Source: a virus
Direction: 5' to 3' (one strand)
Length of the DNA: 64,000 nt
Virus record (IMG/VR): IMGVR_UViG_3300045921_000803
Span: 2,893-66,892 of that record
Below are positions 10,029 through 22,500 of the stretch, one piece after another. The notes under the pieces are model-generated. The model had not been told where the DNA came from, did not search any database, and saw only the letters and a program-made list of their open reading frames with translations. The first letter of the stretch is position 1, and every line of letters begins with the position of its first letter. Both the position numbers and the translations under genes were made by a program.

Positions 10029-12806
10029 CTACACTACGTGCCAGTTTGCGCCATCAGACACCAAAGCAACGCTTTCATATTGAATGGTTACGGCGATAGG
10101 TGTTGTGGTGATGTCCACGCCATCGGCAGTCTGATTTAAGATAGACTCGATGAACATGGTATTTCCTGCGTCAATTTTTTTAATCGTTATAAGTTTTCCT
10201 GAGTTACCTATGGCCGAAGGAAGGGTGACAGTTCTGTTTCCTCCGGAATTTGACAATAAGATATAATCATTAGCGGCGGTTGCTACGTAGTTTGCACCTG
10301 TAACGGTAACTACGTTGTATGTAGGAGCTGAAGGAGTGGCTGAGATGGTTATGTCATTAGTGTTCTGCGTGATGTTTACACCGGCTCCAGCCTGAAGTCT
10401 TCTAAAGTTAAGAGCGGTACCTACCTTGTCCCTGAACACGTTAGCGCCAACACCTACGTTTGCACCTGTATTTATCTCTCCTCCGCCCGCACCAGAACCT
10501 GCTGCTTTACCCGGATCAATCCTGAAGGTTATCTCATCTCCAACTACCAGATCTTGTTGAATCTGTATCGTCACAGACTCGTCGCCAGCGGAGCCAACCT
10601 CTGTCCAGTCGATAGGAATTCTTAGTCTTTGTCCGTTAAGGAAAACTTCTAGGTCGCCTTTTCCTACAACGTAGTTCCTCACCAGATTAAGATCTCTGGA
10701 GTCAAAGGGAAGTGTTAGGTTTGTTCCTGCTAGTACAGGACCAGTAACCTCGTTATCGTCAGCAGGAGGGCCAGCAACTACAGACAAAACCTCTTCGTAG
10801 ATTTTTATATCCTGGCCAGCCAATGCATTAAGATTTGCATCAAGTTTTTTGATAGAAAGCGTCAGATCGTCGCCGTCGGCTATGTAAAAATTTGGAAATC
10901 CATCACCCTGCGATGTTATGGAGATAGAAAGCCCGGTGACGTTCACGTTTGCGGGATCGGTAGAGCTACCTGCTGCGGCAAGAGTAACGGTTACCACATC
11001 GTTCAATACGCTGGCATTGAAATCTAAGAAAGAAGATATTGCAAGTTGGGTAGCGGTAGCAACATCGTTAGCGGTGTCGCCGGTAGATATGCTCACCTCT
11101 ATCGGAATCTTGCCGATAGGAGCAGGATTGCCGCCGGAGCCATCCTTATTATACCAAACATAGTACTCGTTCTGATCTAAGGCAGAATTTATCGTAAAAT
11201 ATTGACCAGAAACTATAGAGGAGGCTGCGGGACAGGTGACATCAAAAACTTCAGTATTGAGAATACCCAATTTAACGGAGTATTCGGGAAAATCATCTAC
11301 CTCACTCGTTGCCCCAATATATGCTATAATCTCTTCTGTTGTGTTGTCAGATATCTCTCTATCTTCGCCCTGTTGAAGCTCTGATCCTAAAAACCTGACA
11401 TACACGCGAGGTGTTGAACCTCCGCTGTCAGATCTCATCAGAAACCAGAACACATCCTCGTTAAAAGGAACATCTTTTCTAGCAGCTATTCTAAGATGTC
11501 GATCGGTAGAAGGAGCGGGATTGGTTTCATAGACACCGAAAGCATATTCTGCTTTGGCCCCAGAAGGACCTGTAGACGTACCTGGATATGCAACAGTAAG
11601 CGTCACCTGTGAGAGGCTGTCTACAGATTGGATCTGCAGATACTGAGTGTCGTCATCAGAAGCTAATTTTATCCAGTCACCGGCCTGAAGAAGACCTGTC
11701 CACGACACGCTTCCTACCGACACTACGGTAGGGTTGCCAGTAGTAAAAACAAGATTTGGTACAACCGCTACGCCTCTTATTAAATTTATATATGCAACCT
11801 GATCATCAGAAAGAGTTATATCCGATGTAGAAGGGTTGGCATTGATTCTGAAACTAAGCCTGCTACCAACAATGGATAGAAATATATCCTGAGACCAATT
11901 AATCTTTCCGGCTACAAATTTGTCGTGTGATATATTTCCGCGACCAGTTACAACGGTATTGCCAAGATCTTGTCTAAGCTTTACTATGGAACCGCCGATA
12001 TTTGGAGAATACCAGTATGTGGTTCCCTTAATCTCCTGAAAAGAGGACATGACCGCATCCATCCATTCCTTCATAGAATAGATCTGCTTGTCGCCGCCCC
12101 GGAAAGGATTCAATGAACTAGATGTGGATGTTACAGGATTTTCAGTTCTTCCTTCTGTGTGATTATTCCAAGGATATAGATATGCAGGATTGGGATTTGT
12201 TCTTCCTGCTGTTCCCAACCGAAACATCATGGGTCTCTGATCTGTTATCTCCACAACGTTTCCTGCGGGGTCTACGGTGACTCTTGCTATTGGAAGTACG
12301 TTGGATGCCCATACCGAAGTTGTGATTACGATATTGTAGCGAAGTATCGAAGCAAGCGGTACGTTTGAGCTGAATTCTGATCTTGAGGTTGGGTTCCAAA
12401 AATAAACGGTGTCTGAAGTGGTGTCGTCTGCAAATCTTTCATACTCTATACCGATATAGTTTACGGCATTGGGAGTAAAGAAACCTCTAACTTTTGGATT
12501 GATGGTTGAGTTTAGAATTTCTGGAGCAGCATTCGAAGGAACTGTGTAAAAAGTACCTGACTGCCTAGATGTGCCGTGAAATATGGTGCCGGAGGAAACC
12601 AAAAGCTGAAGGCCTGCGGCAGCAGAGCCTATAGCCCCCGTCATGTTAAGCTCAAAACCCCTAACTACATACTCTTTGCCAGCACCGGTTACCCACCCTC
12701 TAAGAAGTTCATCAAAGTCGTTTGAAACAGCACTTTCTACAGATCTAAGATGCGGAACATCTATCCTTTGGCTACCTAGCCAACGCTGCCTTCTTCTAAC
12801 ACTCAT
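10029..12806 (-). CDS. baseplate/tail-fibre attachment protein
   Basis: 925 aa; LPIARV...ITDQR motif of fibre N-termini; carries a module shared with the two baseplate proteins. Confidence 0.6.
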   Translation of the reverse strand: MSVRRRQRWLGSQRIDVPHLRSVESAVSNDFDELLRGWVTGAGKEYVVRGFELNMTGAIGSAAAGLQLLVSSGTIFHGTSRQSGTFYTVPSNAAPEILNSTINPKVRGFFTPNAVNYIGIEYERFADDTTSDTVYFWNPTSRSEFSSNVPLASILRYNIVITTSVWASNVLPIARVTVDPAGNVVEITDQRPMMFRLGTAGRTNPNPAYLYPWNNHTEGRTENPVTSTSSSLNPFRGGDKQIYSMKEWMDAVMSSFQEIKGTTYWYSPNIGGSIVKLRQDLGNTVVTGRGNISHDKFVAGKINWSQDIFLSIVGSRLSFRINANPSTSDITLSDDQVAYINLIRGVAVVPNLVFTTGNPTVVSVGSVSWTGLLQAGDWIKLASDDDTQYLQIQSVDSLSQVTLTVAYPGTSTGPSGAKAEYAFGVYETNPAPSTDRHLRIAARKDVPFNEDVFWFLMRSDSGGSTPRVYVRFLGSELQQGEDREISDNTTEEIIAYIGATSEVDDFPEYSVKLGILNTEVFDVTCPAASSIVSGQYFTINSALDQNEYYVWYNKDGSGGNPAPIGKIPIEVSISTGDTANDVATATQLAISSFLDFNASVLNDVVTVTLAAAGSSTDPANVNVTGLSISITSQGDGFPNFYIADGDDLTLSIKKLDANLNALAGQDIKIYEEVLSVVAGPPADDNEVTGPVLAGTNLTLPFDSRDLNLVRNYVVGKGDLEVFLNGQRLRIPIDWTEVGSAGDESVTIQIQQDLVVGDEITFRIDPGKAAGSGAGGGEINTGANVGVGANVFRDKVGTALNFRRLQAGAGVNITQNTNDITISATPSAPTYNVVTVTGANYVATAANDYILLSNSGGNRTVTLPSAIGNSGKLITIKKIDAGNTMFIESILNQTADGVDITTTPIAVTIQYESVALVSDGANWHVV

Positions 12807-12867
12807 GGTCTATTCTCCAATACCTGCAAATTCAAATATTTAGGTAATTTTGAGCTTTTATGTACAC

Positions 12868-12880
12868 CTATAAGATTGTC
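12868..12880 (-). promoter_or_regulatory. AATCTT motif, candidate late promoter
   Basis: gacAATCTTatag on - strand ~65 bp upstream of 12806; motif recurs before other structural units. Confidence 0.6.
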
Positions 12881-12953
12881 TACATGTGAAAAAAATAGAA
12901 GCAATCTAATTTAATGATATCATATAGTGTAGAGCACAAACCTTGGAGTTTTT

Positions 12954-13298
12954 GTGGGCAGAGGCAAGTCTTTCAAGACCGATAAAGAATTCAGCAGAAA
13001 ACAAGAATTGTCTAATAAAAACAAAGAGTTACAGAGAGAAATCAACAAACTCAGAAAGGCACTGGACAAAGTAAACCATGGGTGGTGCCCTAAATGCACA
13101 GGAATTGTTGACGAAAACGACAACAAGACACCGCAAGAGCTTCCAAAAATTAAAGATCGAACGTGTTATCAGTGCGGTAAAGCGAAGCTGGTAATGCTGA
13201 AATACCCTAAGCCTGACGGGTACTGGTACAAAAGAGAGTGTCCGGTATGTGGACATAGGACCAGAGGAAAGAGGCTTACGGATGAGGTGAAGGAATGA
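12954..13298 (+). CDS. coiled-coil plus zinc-ribbon protein
   Basis: three CxxC pairs (CPKC, CYQC, CPVC); GTG start after GGAG. Confidence 0.65.
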   Translation: MGRGKSFKTDKEFSRKQELSNKNKELQREINKLRKALDKVNHGWCPKCTGIVDENDNKTPQELPKIKDRTCYQCGKAKLVMLKYPKPDGYWYKRECPVCGHRTRGKRLTDEVKE

Positions 13299-13603
13299 GA
13301 GTTGTAAAAATTACAAAGACGATGATGAAGGACCCTGAAACGCTGCTTATTAAAATCGGTGCGGTTGTAGGTAGGAATGGCTATCCTAACCATGTTTTTA
13401 TGAACAGCAAAGATTATGAGGTTCTAAAAAGAAACGTAAAAAATAACATAAAAAAGAGCAGTCGCAATATATCGAAGATGAAGGTCGAGTATTATGCTGG
13501 TCTTATCATGCTCAATCTGGGACCTAGATCGCTAAAAAATGGAGTCCAGAAAGGCTATCTGCTTGTGGACGATGCTGCCATAGAAAGAGAGAAGGGAAGT
13601 TGA
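13295..13603 (+). CDS. hypothetical protein
   Basis: ATGA overlap coupling. Confidence 0.6.
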   Translation: MRVVKITKTMMKDPETLLIKIGAVVGRNGYPNHVFMNSKDYEVLKRNVKNNIKKSSRNISKMKVEYYAGLIMLNLGPRSLKNGVQKGYLLVDDAAIEREKGS

Positions 13604-14169
13604 GACTACTTTCTATAGATCTGGAGCTTAATCAGCCCAGTCAAAAAATTATCCAGATAGGTGCCTGCGCTCTGGATCTGAAGACGGGAAAAATAAATGA
13701 CCAGCTATCCATTTTTGTAAACCCGATGGAAAAGATAGCCCCTGAAATAACAGTATTGACAGGGATAACCCAGGATGATGTTGACCACAACGGATATTCA
13801 GTACTGGAAGCGTATTTCTTGTTGAAAAAATTTGCACATAAAAATAAGGTGTTTAAGAATCCAATAGTCTGGGGATCTGGCGCATGGAGCGACTCTTCGC
13901 ATCTTTATAAAGAGGCTTCTCCAGGAGAGTCTAACTTTATGGGGCATCGAGTTATAGATGTAAAGACCATCTATCAGAGCATCAGATTGAGGAACTGGCA
14001 AAAAACAAAAGGCGGCCTTGAAACGGCGATGAGAGAGATGGGGCTTATGTTTGAAGGAAAGCCTCACAACGCCTTGTGTGATGCTATAAATACTGCAAAA
14101 TTTTGGTTCTATATAACCGAAAAACTTAAGAACTTCGGTCCAAAGATTCGAAACCCACAAGACCTTTAA
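13600..14169 (+). CDS. DEDDh 3'-5' exonuclease (DnaQ/KapD-like)
   Basis: SIDLE (ExoI), LTGITQ, WG...D (ExoII), HNALCDA (ExoIII). Confidence 0.9.
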   Translation: MRLLSIDLELNQPSQKIIQIGACALDLKTGKINDQLSIFVNPMEKIAPEITVLTGITQDDVDHNGYSVLEAYFLLKKFAHKNKVFKNPIVWGSGAWSDSSHLYKEASPGESNFMGHRVIDVKTIYQSIRLRNWQKTKGGLETAMREMGLMFEGKPHNALCDAINTAKFWFYITEKLKNFGPKIRNPQDL

Positions 14170-14557
14170 AATTAAAATTCAGCCTTACTATACCTTTTAC
14201 AGACGCCTGTACCGATTGCTGAGTTATCTTGGCGTTAGGTATAAAAAGAAGATCTTCGCCTGACGATCTGTCTTGAATCCTAATACTAACGTATAGGGAT
14301 TTAATAATATCTGTTATCAGTGGCTTTGCATTATAGGATTGTAATCCTCCAGAATTTCTTATCCTTATGCCACTTATGGAACCAGAAACCATTGTCCTTG
14401 TAGACGCTATCTCCTGCGGGAAAGGCGAATCGATACCATAGATTTCAGTTTCTCCTGAATCGAGAACATACTGAACCTGCTGAGCCTCTCTGTAGAGTTT
14501 ATTGTTTATATATATACGAACAAGTGCGCCAGAAAGAACTATTGAAGGCCTAGACAT
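14126..14557 (-). CDS. tail tube-like / tube-initiator protein
   Basis: IYGIDSPFPQEIA...VSGSISGIR pattern typical of myophage tube-fold proteins; adjacent to baseplate genes. Confidence 0.55.
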   Translation of the reverse strand: MSRPSIVLSGALVRIYINNKLYREAQQVQYVLDSGETEIYGIDSPFPQEIASTRTMVSGSISGIRIRNSGGLQSYNAKPLITDIIKSLYVSIRIQDRSSGEDLLFIPNAKITQQSVQASVKGIVRLNFNFKGLVGFESLDRSS

Positions 14558-16592
14558 CTGAATCTTCTCCCCAAATGGCTACTTTTTCTGAATCATCGGT
14601 CTGCCATTTGGCTAGACCTTCATCTCCAGGATATAATATCGTTATTACTAAGTTGATACCGGTAGCCGCAACGGTCTTAATAAGGTCTTCCGCATATATC
14701 CTACCAGCCACTACATCTGTAAGATATGCAGGAAAGTCGTTTCCGCTCTTATCTACTATGACAGGTCCATTCCTGGATATGAGTCTAACATCGGTACCTA
14801 CTGGATGCTGATTTACTATCCTATAGGCAGGAGAAAGCAGTACGGTTGTGCTTGAAGGCCTTGAAAGATAAGGAACAGGGGCTTCCTGCCTATCTGTTCC
14901 GTAACCGATAGAGATGAATCCTGGTTCATCAGGAATATCAGAAGAATCGGAAACCTCTATTATTCTTCCGGTATCGGGACCTATAACCGCCGTAGACTGT
15001 GTGCCGATCTCCGATAACACAAATGGCTGGGATAGATCGTAAGAATAAGGCCCTTCCTGATCTGGAAGTAATTCTGCCGGGTTTGGTAAGCTAGAAGAGA
15101 TCAGCAGATCGTCGGTACCTTCCTGGAATACAGAAAGAGTAAGCCCTGTAACGTTTATGTTAGCTGCCGATGTGGTCTGTCCAACTTCTGCATTGCAGAC
15201 TCTTATCGTAGGACCCGAGGGCTGAGCCACATTAAAATATACGTTTCCGTTTAGGATGTTTGCTGTGATAAGAGCTACGTCAGAAGCCGATGATGCGGTA
15301 GAAATGTCTACACGGATACCTGTTCTGCTTAGCGGAGCTGGGTCTACCAGATTTGATCCGGTCGTGTCAAAATACACATAGTAAAGGATGGCGTCGTTTG
15401 CTGTGTTGATATTAAAATAAGAACCGTCTGCTATAGAGCCGGGAGCGGGAAATACGATGTCGGTTATTTCGTTGACCCCAGGAGTAAAAGTTTCAGACTC
15501 TAAAAAAACCTCGTGAATGTGAGAAGCGCCTTTTCTATCTCTTCTTACAACTCTTGTTGTAGCTGGAATGAAAATTTCAAGAAGTCTTGATTCTTGCTGA
15601 AAAAGCGCTGCATATCTGGTTTTTGTTGTTAGCGTATTTTTAAAAGGCTGAAAAAATAATACAGAATCTGCTGTTCCCTGAGATACAACCTCAGCAACGC
15701 CGTTAGGATTTTCAATCTCAAAGTAGGCACTTCCTAGTATTCCGCCTTTAACGTCCGTAATATTGAAGGTTCCACGATTCTTTTCGTCAAATCCGGTGCC
15801 ATATATATTTACATAATCGCCGATACGCACCTTTCCTATTGACGGGTTCGAGCCTCCGGTCCAGGTAAACCGAAGAGATCCACCGGAAACCAAGGATATT
15901 GTCCACTGGGTAGAAGCTCCGCCTGTGGTGGGCCTAGATTTGTCAAAAAGAAGTTCGTTCTGAGCACGTCCTCCTAGTACTACAACCGATGATTGAGGGC
16001 CTTCCGTATCCGATATTATGGTGACATATGCGCCAGATCCATCGTCTTTTGCAAAAGCCCTTCCGGACCTACCTTGCGATCTGAGAGATTTTGTGATCGC
16101 ATCCGCAACCTCTTGAGCTGTGGCGGTGCTAATATTTACAAATTGAGAAGCAGAGAAAATTATCTCTACCGTGTCTCCTCCGTCAAATTTTACATTCAGA
16201 GTATCGCCATTGGCTAGATTGTACGGCTCAAACTGATTGCTTCTAGCCGTAGCCTGGGTTAGCTCCTCTCCGAATATTACCGAAAGGATAGACATGATAA
16301 GGTTTCTGACCTGTTTTCTGTTTACTACGGAGATTCCCAGATCTCTAAAAACATCGTCAGAAAGACCTACCTGAGGAGGTCTGATCAGATTGTAATCTGC
16401 CAATCTCTGATCTAGATACCTGTCTACGGCAGTAGATATGTACACATTGTCGTGTATGGCCTCCACCGTGTTTATCAGGTAGACAGCAGGATTTGCCAAA
16501 GCCCAAAGTAGGGCATCGGTGTTTTTTCCTCTGATCTGAGAGTTGAGCATTTTTTTAAGACGCTCATACTGTTGCTGCTTAGTGGTAGACAT
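14550..16592 (-). CDS. baseplate wedge protein (gpI-like position)
   Basis: STAVDRYLD...LSDDVFR motif; directly downstream of the J-like gene. Confidence 0.6.
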   Translation of the reverse strand: MSTTKQQQYERLKKMLNSQIRGKNTDALLWALANPAVYLINTVEAIHDNVYISTAVDRYLDQRLADYNLIRPPQVGLSDDVFRDLGISVVNRKQVRNLIMSILSVIFGEELTQATARSNQFEPYNLANGDTLNVKFDGGDTVEIIFSASQFVNISTATAQEVADAITKSLRSQGRSGRAFAKDDGSGAYVTIISDTEGPQSSVVVLGGRAQNELLFDKSRPTTGGASTQWTISLVSGGSLRFTWTGGSNPSIGKVRIGDYVNIYGTGFDEKNRGTFNITDVKGGILGSAYFEIENPNGVAEVVSQGTADSVLFFQPFKNTLTTKTRYAALFQQESRLLEIFIPATTRVVRRDRKGASHIHEVFLESETFTPGVNEITDIVFPAPGSIADGSYFNINTANDAILYYVYFDTTGSNLVDPAPLSRTGIRVDISTASSASDVALITANILNGNVYFNVAQPSGPTIRVCNAEVGQTTSAANINVTGLTLSVFQEGTDDLLISSSLPNPAELLPDQEGPYSYDLSQPFVLSEIGTQSTAVIGPDTGRIIEVSDSSDIPDEPGFISIGYGTDRQEAPVPYLSRPSSTTVLLSPAYRIVNQHPVGTDVRLISRNGPVIVDKSGNDFPAYLTDVVAGRIYAEDLIKTVAATGINLVITILYPGDEGLAKWQTDDSEKVAIWGEDSDV

Positions 16593-16594
16593 AC

Positions 16595-19500
16595 CTAACT
16601 TCCAATCTGCCTTACTGAAATATCAGATACAGGATCAATAACCCTAGATTTTTCAGAAGGAGCTATGGAGATGGTGTCATTGCTAGGATTGTAAAGAGGA
16701 GAGCTGATAGCTACGGCCCTTACGCCAGGTATAGTATTTACTGCTTCTACGATATCACTTATAGCTATAGCCTGACCAATCGGGTTACCATCTATGAGAG
16801 AGGCCACATTTGTCCTGACCTGTTCTGTTATCTGGGCAAAAGGAATACCTGTCTCAATCCTTACGTCGATACCTACGCTGACTCTCTTGAATAAGGGCTC
16901 TCTGATAAAAATTTCAGCACCAGCAGCTCCAACACCGGGATATGTAATTGGATCTCTAGGATCTCCATAAACAACACGGTTAGCTTCCCCGATAAGACCG
17001 GTATGATATCTATAGCTATCCAATCCCCTAACAAGTCTTGTGTCAAAAGAAAGCTTGTTAGTAGTTTCCATGACAACACTTCCTATCGTATTGATCTTAT
17101 TAAATTGCTCTTTAGTATCAAACACCACTATGCCGGTTTGAGGGCTGGAAGGATCATTAACTACAAAGCGAATCTTTTTATATCCTACGTAAGGAAATTC
17201 CTCTTCTACAAAAAGAGATTCTTCAAATCCTGCTATAGACGTAAATTCCTGGCTAAGCATCGTACCAGAAACTATTATGGTGTTTTCGTCCAAAACCTCT
17301 TCCACTAACCACATATTCTGATTTGTTTGAGACAAGAAGTCACTTGAGATAGCAAATATATCTCCGGGAACCGTAGCATCGTATTCGTAAAATTTAATCT
17401 GAGGCCTATGAGCTTCGAAAGCATTGGATATTGTTACTCCAGTTTCCGAAACAACCGCAGGGTTAAGAACCTGTACGGATGTTCTGCGGCCATTCTGAAC
17501 TATCTCTATATCAAAGTTAACGTTCATATTGCCTTCGGTAGCATTTGTAGTTTCGGCAAATCCTGTTGTATTGATGGTCACTATATTCCCGACCGCATCC
17601 GCATCAAAATCAGAAAGCGCGTCTAAGGCAGCAGCCGTTGCGTTCGCTACCTGAATATTTGTATCCAGACTATTTATGGCTACAGATATGCCGGTTTTTC
17701 CTAAGATTAAAGGATCTCCACCGCCTCCATCCACGTCATACCAAACATAATATTCGGTAGCATCACCTGCTGAATTTATCTCCCAGTAGTCTCCTGTTGT
17801 TATCAGGTTTCCGGATACGCACGTTGCTCTTGTAATTTCCTGCAATTTTTCTTTGGAGGTTAATACCGTAAATCTTCCTTGGTTTGCGATGTTGAAATCC
17901 GTTCCTAGGGTCAATTCATCTCCAGGTCTAAGAACAGAGAAATCTGGCTCGGTGCCTACACCATCCCAGATGATTGTCATTTTGTTATTGGTAGACAATA
18001 CATCCAGAGATGTTGTGCCATCTACTCCAGTAGGAATAGGATTTGATGGTAGTGTTACATCCTCGTTTGTAGATATTGGATTATCTATATATATAGAGTT
18101 TTCGTATCTTCTAATTACTCTATGCTTACCTCTGTTTAGTACGTTGAAGGGAGCAGACAACACGACATTGTCTCCCTCAGAAACGGAAGATAAGCAAGAA
18201 AAGGAGGTTGTTGTGTATCCTCTACCTACAAGGAAAGGGTCGGAAACAGATCCTCCACCGCCTCCTCCAAGGTCGTTATAAACAACGGAGATATTTGCAG
18301 CAGGAGATAGGGCTTCTACGGTAACCACAGGACCTAAAGATGTAGCGGAAACTCCTGGTAGGGCACCTACGGCAGAAGCAAGGTTTTCCGCCGTATCAGA
18401 AGCGGTAGCACCAACAGCAAAATCAACACCGGCAATCAAGGAGTTTCCACCTATGATGAACTGATCTCCCGTGATGTTGGTGTTGTCCAAAATATTCAAG
18501 GTTGCGGTAGAGAATTCGCTTATACCGTTTTGATTAAGAACCCTGATGATTTTCCCATTATCAGAAACGCCCGTAACCAGGAACGTTCCGTCATTTTCGG
18601 GATTATCCATTCCAGATATCGACAAAGAATCTCCGATAGATACGTTGGTAAAATTTACAGGTCCTGTCAGTATGTATACGTTCATCTCCGCAGTATTTGG
18701 AATCCTTTCGATGTTAAGCGTACCAGATGCTGTACTGTTAAGATTTAACAGGGTTGAGAAGAATGGTTGGGTTCCAACGCCGTTCCAGCTAATGCAGGTG
18801 AGGTTTCCCTGTTTTTCCACCCTAAAGTTTCTTCCCTGAGATCTGATATGATTTCTTGGTTTTCCAAAATGTCTATCGGTGATCGTTTTACCTGTTAGCT
18901 CGACACGAGATTTTTGGAATACAGGAAAATCCCCATCGATCTTAATAGATGCCGTATTTTTAAATAGAGTCTCTTTTGCTTGTTTAAAAGAGGCAGAGAG
19001 TTTTACGGTCTGGTCGCTATGAAAACTATTTAGGGAAGATCTGTTAAAGGTAGAAAGAGTGTACAGATTATCTATAAGAATAGACGGACTAACAACAAGG
19101 GCAGAAGAAAAATTGGCTCCTCCTCCTACAACCTGGAGAGATCCTGATTGTCCCAGTATCCTGGTAGAAAGCTCCATCCTGCCTTCTCTTGAGGTCAGAA
19201 AAATGTTTCCTATGGTGGAGAAACCGCTTACGGCCAGGACATTAGAAAATCTTACAGCCTGCTCTATAGATGTAGGTACTATCCTAAGCTCTTCCCCGTC
19301 GTTAAAAGAATATCCGGTATCCGTGACGTAGGATAGAGGCCTTTTGAACGTGAACTGTGGAGAGCCGGAGATATTGGATGTTGAGATCCAGTTTACTCCA
19401 TCTAGAAGATAATACGAATCAAAAGAAAAATCATTAGCTTCTGCCGTAGACCTGTCGATCACACCGGCCCCAGAAGTACCGGAATCATCAACAAGCTCTG

Positions 19501-22500
19501 CGGTAACTATGTCGGAAAGCGTTGATGAAGACACATATGTCTCTATCTCCGCAGCAGTAGTTGCTAGGGGTTGAAAGAAAGAAAAGACATTGGCAACAAG
19601 AGTTGCTCTGTCTAATTCCGCAATCGCTTCGCCATTTTTCCTAACTACGGTAAAGCTAGATGCTGTAGGGGCAAAACCGACCTCGGTGCTGACTCTGAAA
19701 GTTCCCGTATTTTTACGATCAAGCTCAGACCCTTGAGATATGGTAACATATTCTCCGCCTGCCAATGTTCCAAGACCTGGGGCGGTTCCTGTTCCAGTCC
19801 AGGTGTAGGTGACCTGGTCAACACCGGCAACAGGAAAATTGGCTGTTATTGTCACATCCCATTCTGTAGTTCCATCTATGGTAGTTAATACTGGGGCACC
19901 TGATTTCAAGGAGATTCTTACATTTATATCTTCACCTACAGACACGGTGTGTAGTATGGGACTGTTGGGAGATGTAGGATAAGAATACCCCACATTGATT
20001 CTTTGTCCAGACCTTCCCCATCTGACTGCTCTGTAAAGGATAGCATCCTCATTGGCAGCTTCATCTACCACTCTTTTTGCTTTCATCAACACCTTAAAGT
20101 TGTCAAAAGCGAAGGAAGGGTCAAAAAATTGAGTGAAAGGCGTTGTGGGTCCAGCGTCTAGATCATAGGCATTAAAAGTGTTTGGATTTGCAGCAAGACT
20201 TGTGTTGGTGATAGCTTTCCTGTAAAAAGGTATGTCAAAAGTCTTGTTGGCAGCATCTCCGTCTACGATAACAACCATCTCATCTTCGTGCCCAAAGTCC
20301 AGAGAATTTGCAAAATAATACCTGTCTCCGGTTCTAAGCCTTTTAACAAGAGGGTCCTGGTTAAGGGTAAGGACAGATCCCGAATAGTTATTAAGTTCTG
20401 TAGTCTCAGACGGACTTAGCGCATCTGCGACCGAACCATACGGTTGTAGATACCCGACTATCTTGTCTGGGTCCATACCTATGGTAGACGGGTTGAGTGC
20501 GCTAGATACCGTCGAAACAAAAGAATCAGGAGGTGATGCAAACGTTCCTGATGCGAATGAGGAGTGTGCGAATATTGGCAACGCACCTTCTTTGTATCCG
20601 CTTTCATAGTATGCAACCAAGGAATCCTTGCTGTCGTCGGTATCTCCTTCCACAAACCCTAGGGGCTTAGAAGGATTGTCAAAAGTAACTACAAAAATAG
20701 AGCCATCTGAGTTTCTAGTTTTGGTGCTGGCGATAAGGATTTCGTCATCTATGGTTGAAAACCGTATTGATTTTGATTGTAGATTTAACTCGTCGGCAAT
20801 CTGACTGAGCTGTTTGGTACCAGAACCAATTTTAAACTTTTGAGGAACCTTACTTGTCCTGACGACCGCAAAACCTTCCTGAAAAAGAATTCCGGATTCA
20901 ACTACCGCCGTAGCAAATTCAGAAGCTGTGACCCTGATGTCTAAAGTAGATGGGCTAGAGGAAGCAACCCTGCCTTCGATTCTGTTGGCAGCAGAAAGCT
21001 CTTCAGACCAGACAATTACATAGTCTCCTTGCTGTACAGCAGAGAATGCTGTGGGAGCAGAAGAGGTAAACCTGATGGTATTGGATACGGGTTTAGATAC
21101 AGCTATTAACGTGGAAGCAACTACGCCAGTATTTACGATGCGGGCATCCTTATCATCAGCCAACAGCCAGATGTAGGCATCGCTAGGTAAAAATATAGAA
21201 CCACCAAGAATCCTAGCGGACTGAATTCTAGCTTCTGTTTCCCTGCTTCCGGCTGTAAGCTCATCTCCAGGAGCAAGAGGCTCTCTAAGTTTTATCTGCG
21301 CTGTGTTTCTTGAGAAAATAAAATCAGAACTCTTACCAAGAGAAACCAGCCCTTGATTGAGGGAGAACATATTCTTAGAGACGAGGGTAGAAGAAAAATC
21401 TATGGAAAGACGCGCTCTGTTAGAGGCGCCTAGATTGGATGTAAGAAAAATCTGCTCACCAACTACGCTTGCGGTAATGCCTGTAACCTTTTTGTTTATA
21501 ATCCTTACCCAGCTTTCTAAAGAATTGGTGGAGGATACTGTTGGATGAGATCCGTCTGCTACAAAATCAGAATCTAAAAACGTATAGGTGATATTTGCAG
21601 TATTGTCGACAGAGATTATCAAGGTGTCGCCAGAAACTATTGTGTTGGACCAGTTTGCCTGTCTTTCTGATTTGATCGTTGCTGTAGCGCCATCCTTGGA
21701 TAAAGGCTTTTTATTCTTAAACAATCTGATTGTCTGGACTTCATTAAAAGGTAGTCCTATAAATTCGGCAGCATTTCTGCCCAGAGTAACATCCACAGCC
21801 TGGACCTGTTCGTTTTGTTCGGATCTTGCCTGTATGGAAACTTTCGTTCCATTCTCTGCGGTTGCAGCCTCAAAATTAAGAGCACTATTCGCATTTATAG
21901 ACGCAACAATCTCAAAAGCAGTAGCGCCTCCAGGGCTTATAAAATCAGAATTTTTAAAAGTGTGCTCGGTAGTGACGCCGCCAACAGAGATGGCTAGCCT
22001 ATCCTGTCCTCTAACATCAAACGGAGCACTGAGGCTGGATACGATGAAGGCCTTAGCAACGCTGGTTTGTCTTCCGCCTGTTTCAAGCTGAAAATCGGTT
22101 TCTCCACCCAAGGCGCTATCTACCAGGAACTCGATACCCACACCGCGTGTTTTCTGCTCATACCCGCTATTGTCATCGATAAAAAGAGTAGTTTGTCCAG
22201 CGCTGGTAACTATCTCTGAAGACTCAACAGAAGCATTTTCGTCGCTAGGCGTAACGCCTACAACAGAATTTTTTACTGCCAATGCTGTACCTAATCCTCT
22301 TGAAAGACGAGCCCTTTTGATGCGGATGCGTAGCTGCTCATCAGTCTCGACATCGCGACCCGTTCTGAAAGGAGAGGTGTTAGTTACAGCAGCACCGGGA
22401 AACGGAGGAGCCCCAAATTCCTTGATGGCTCCGATTGGGATATTTCCTGTAGCTCCAGGTTCCTGTGCGGAAACCTGTACTCCAGAAATGGAGGTTTCTC

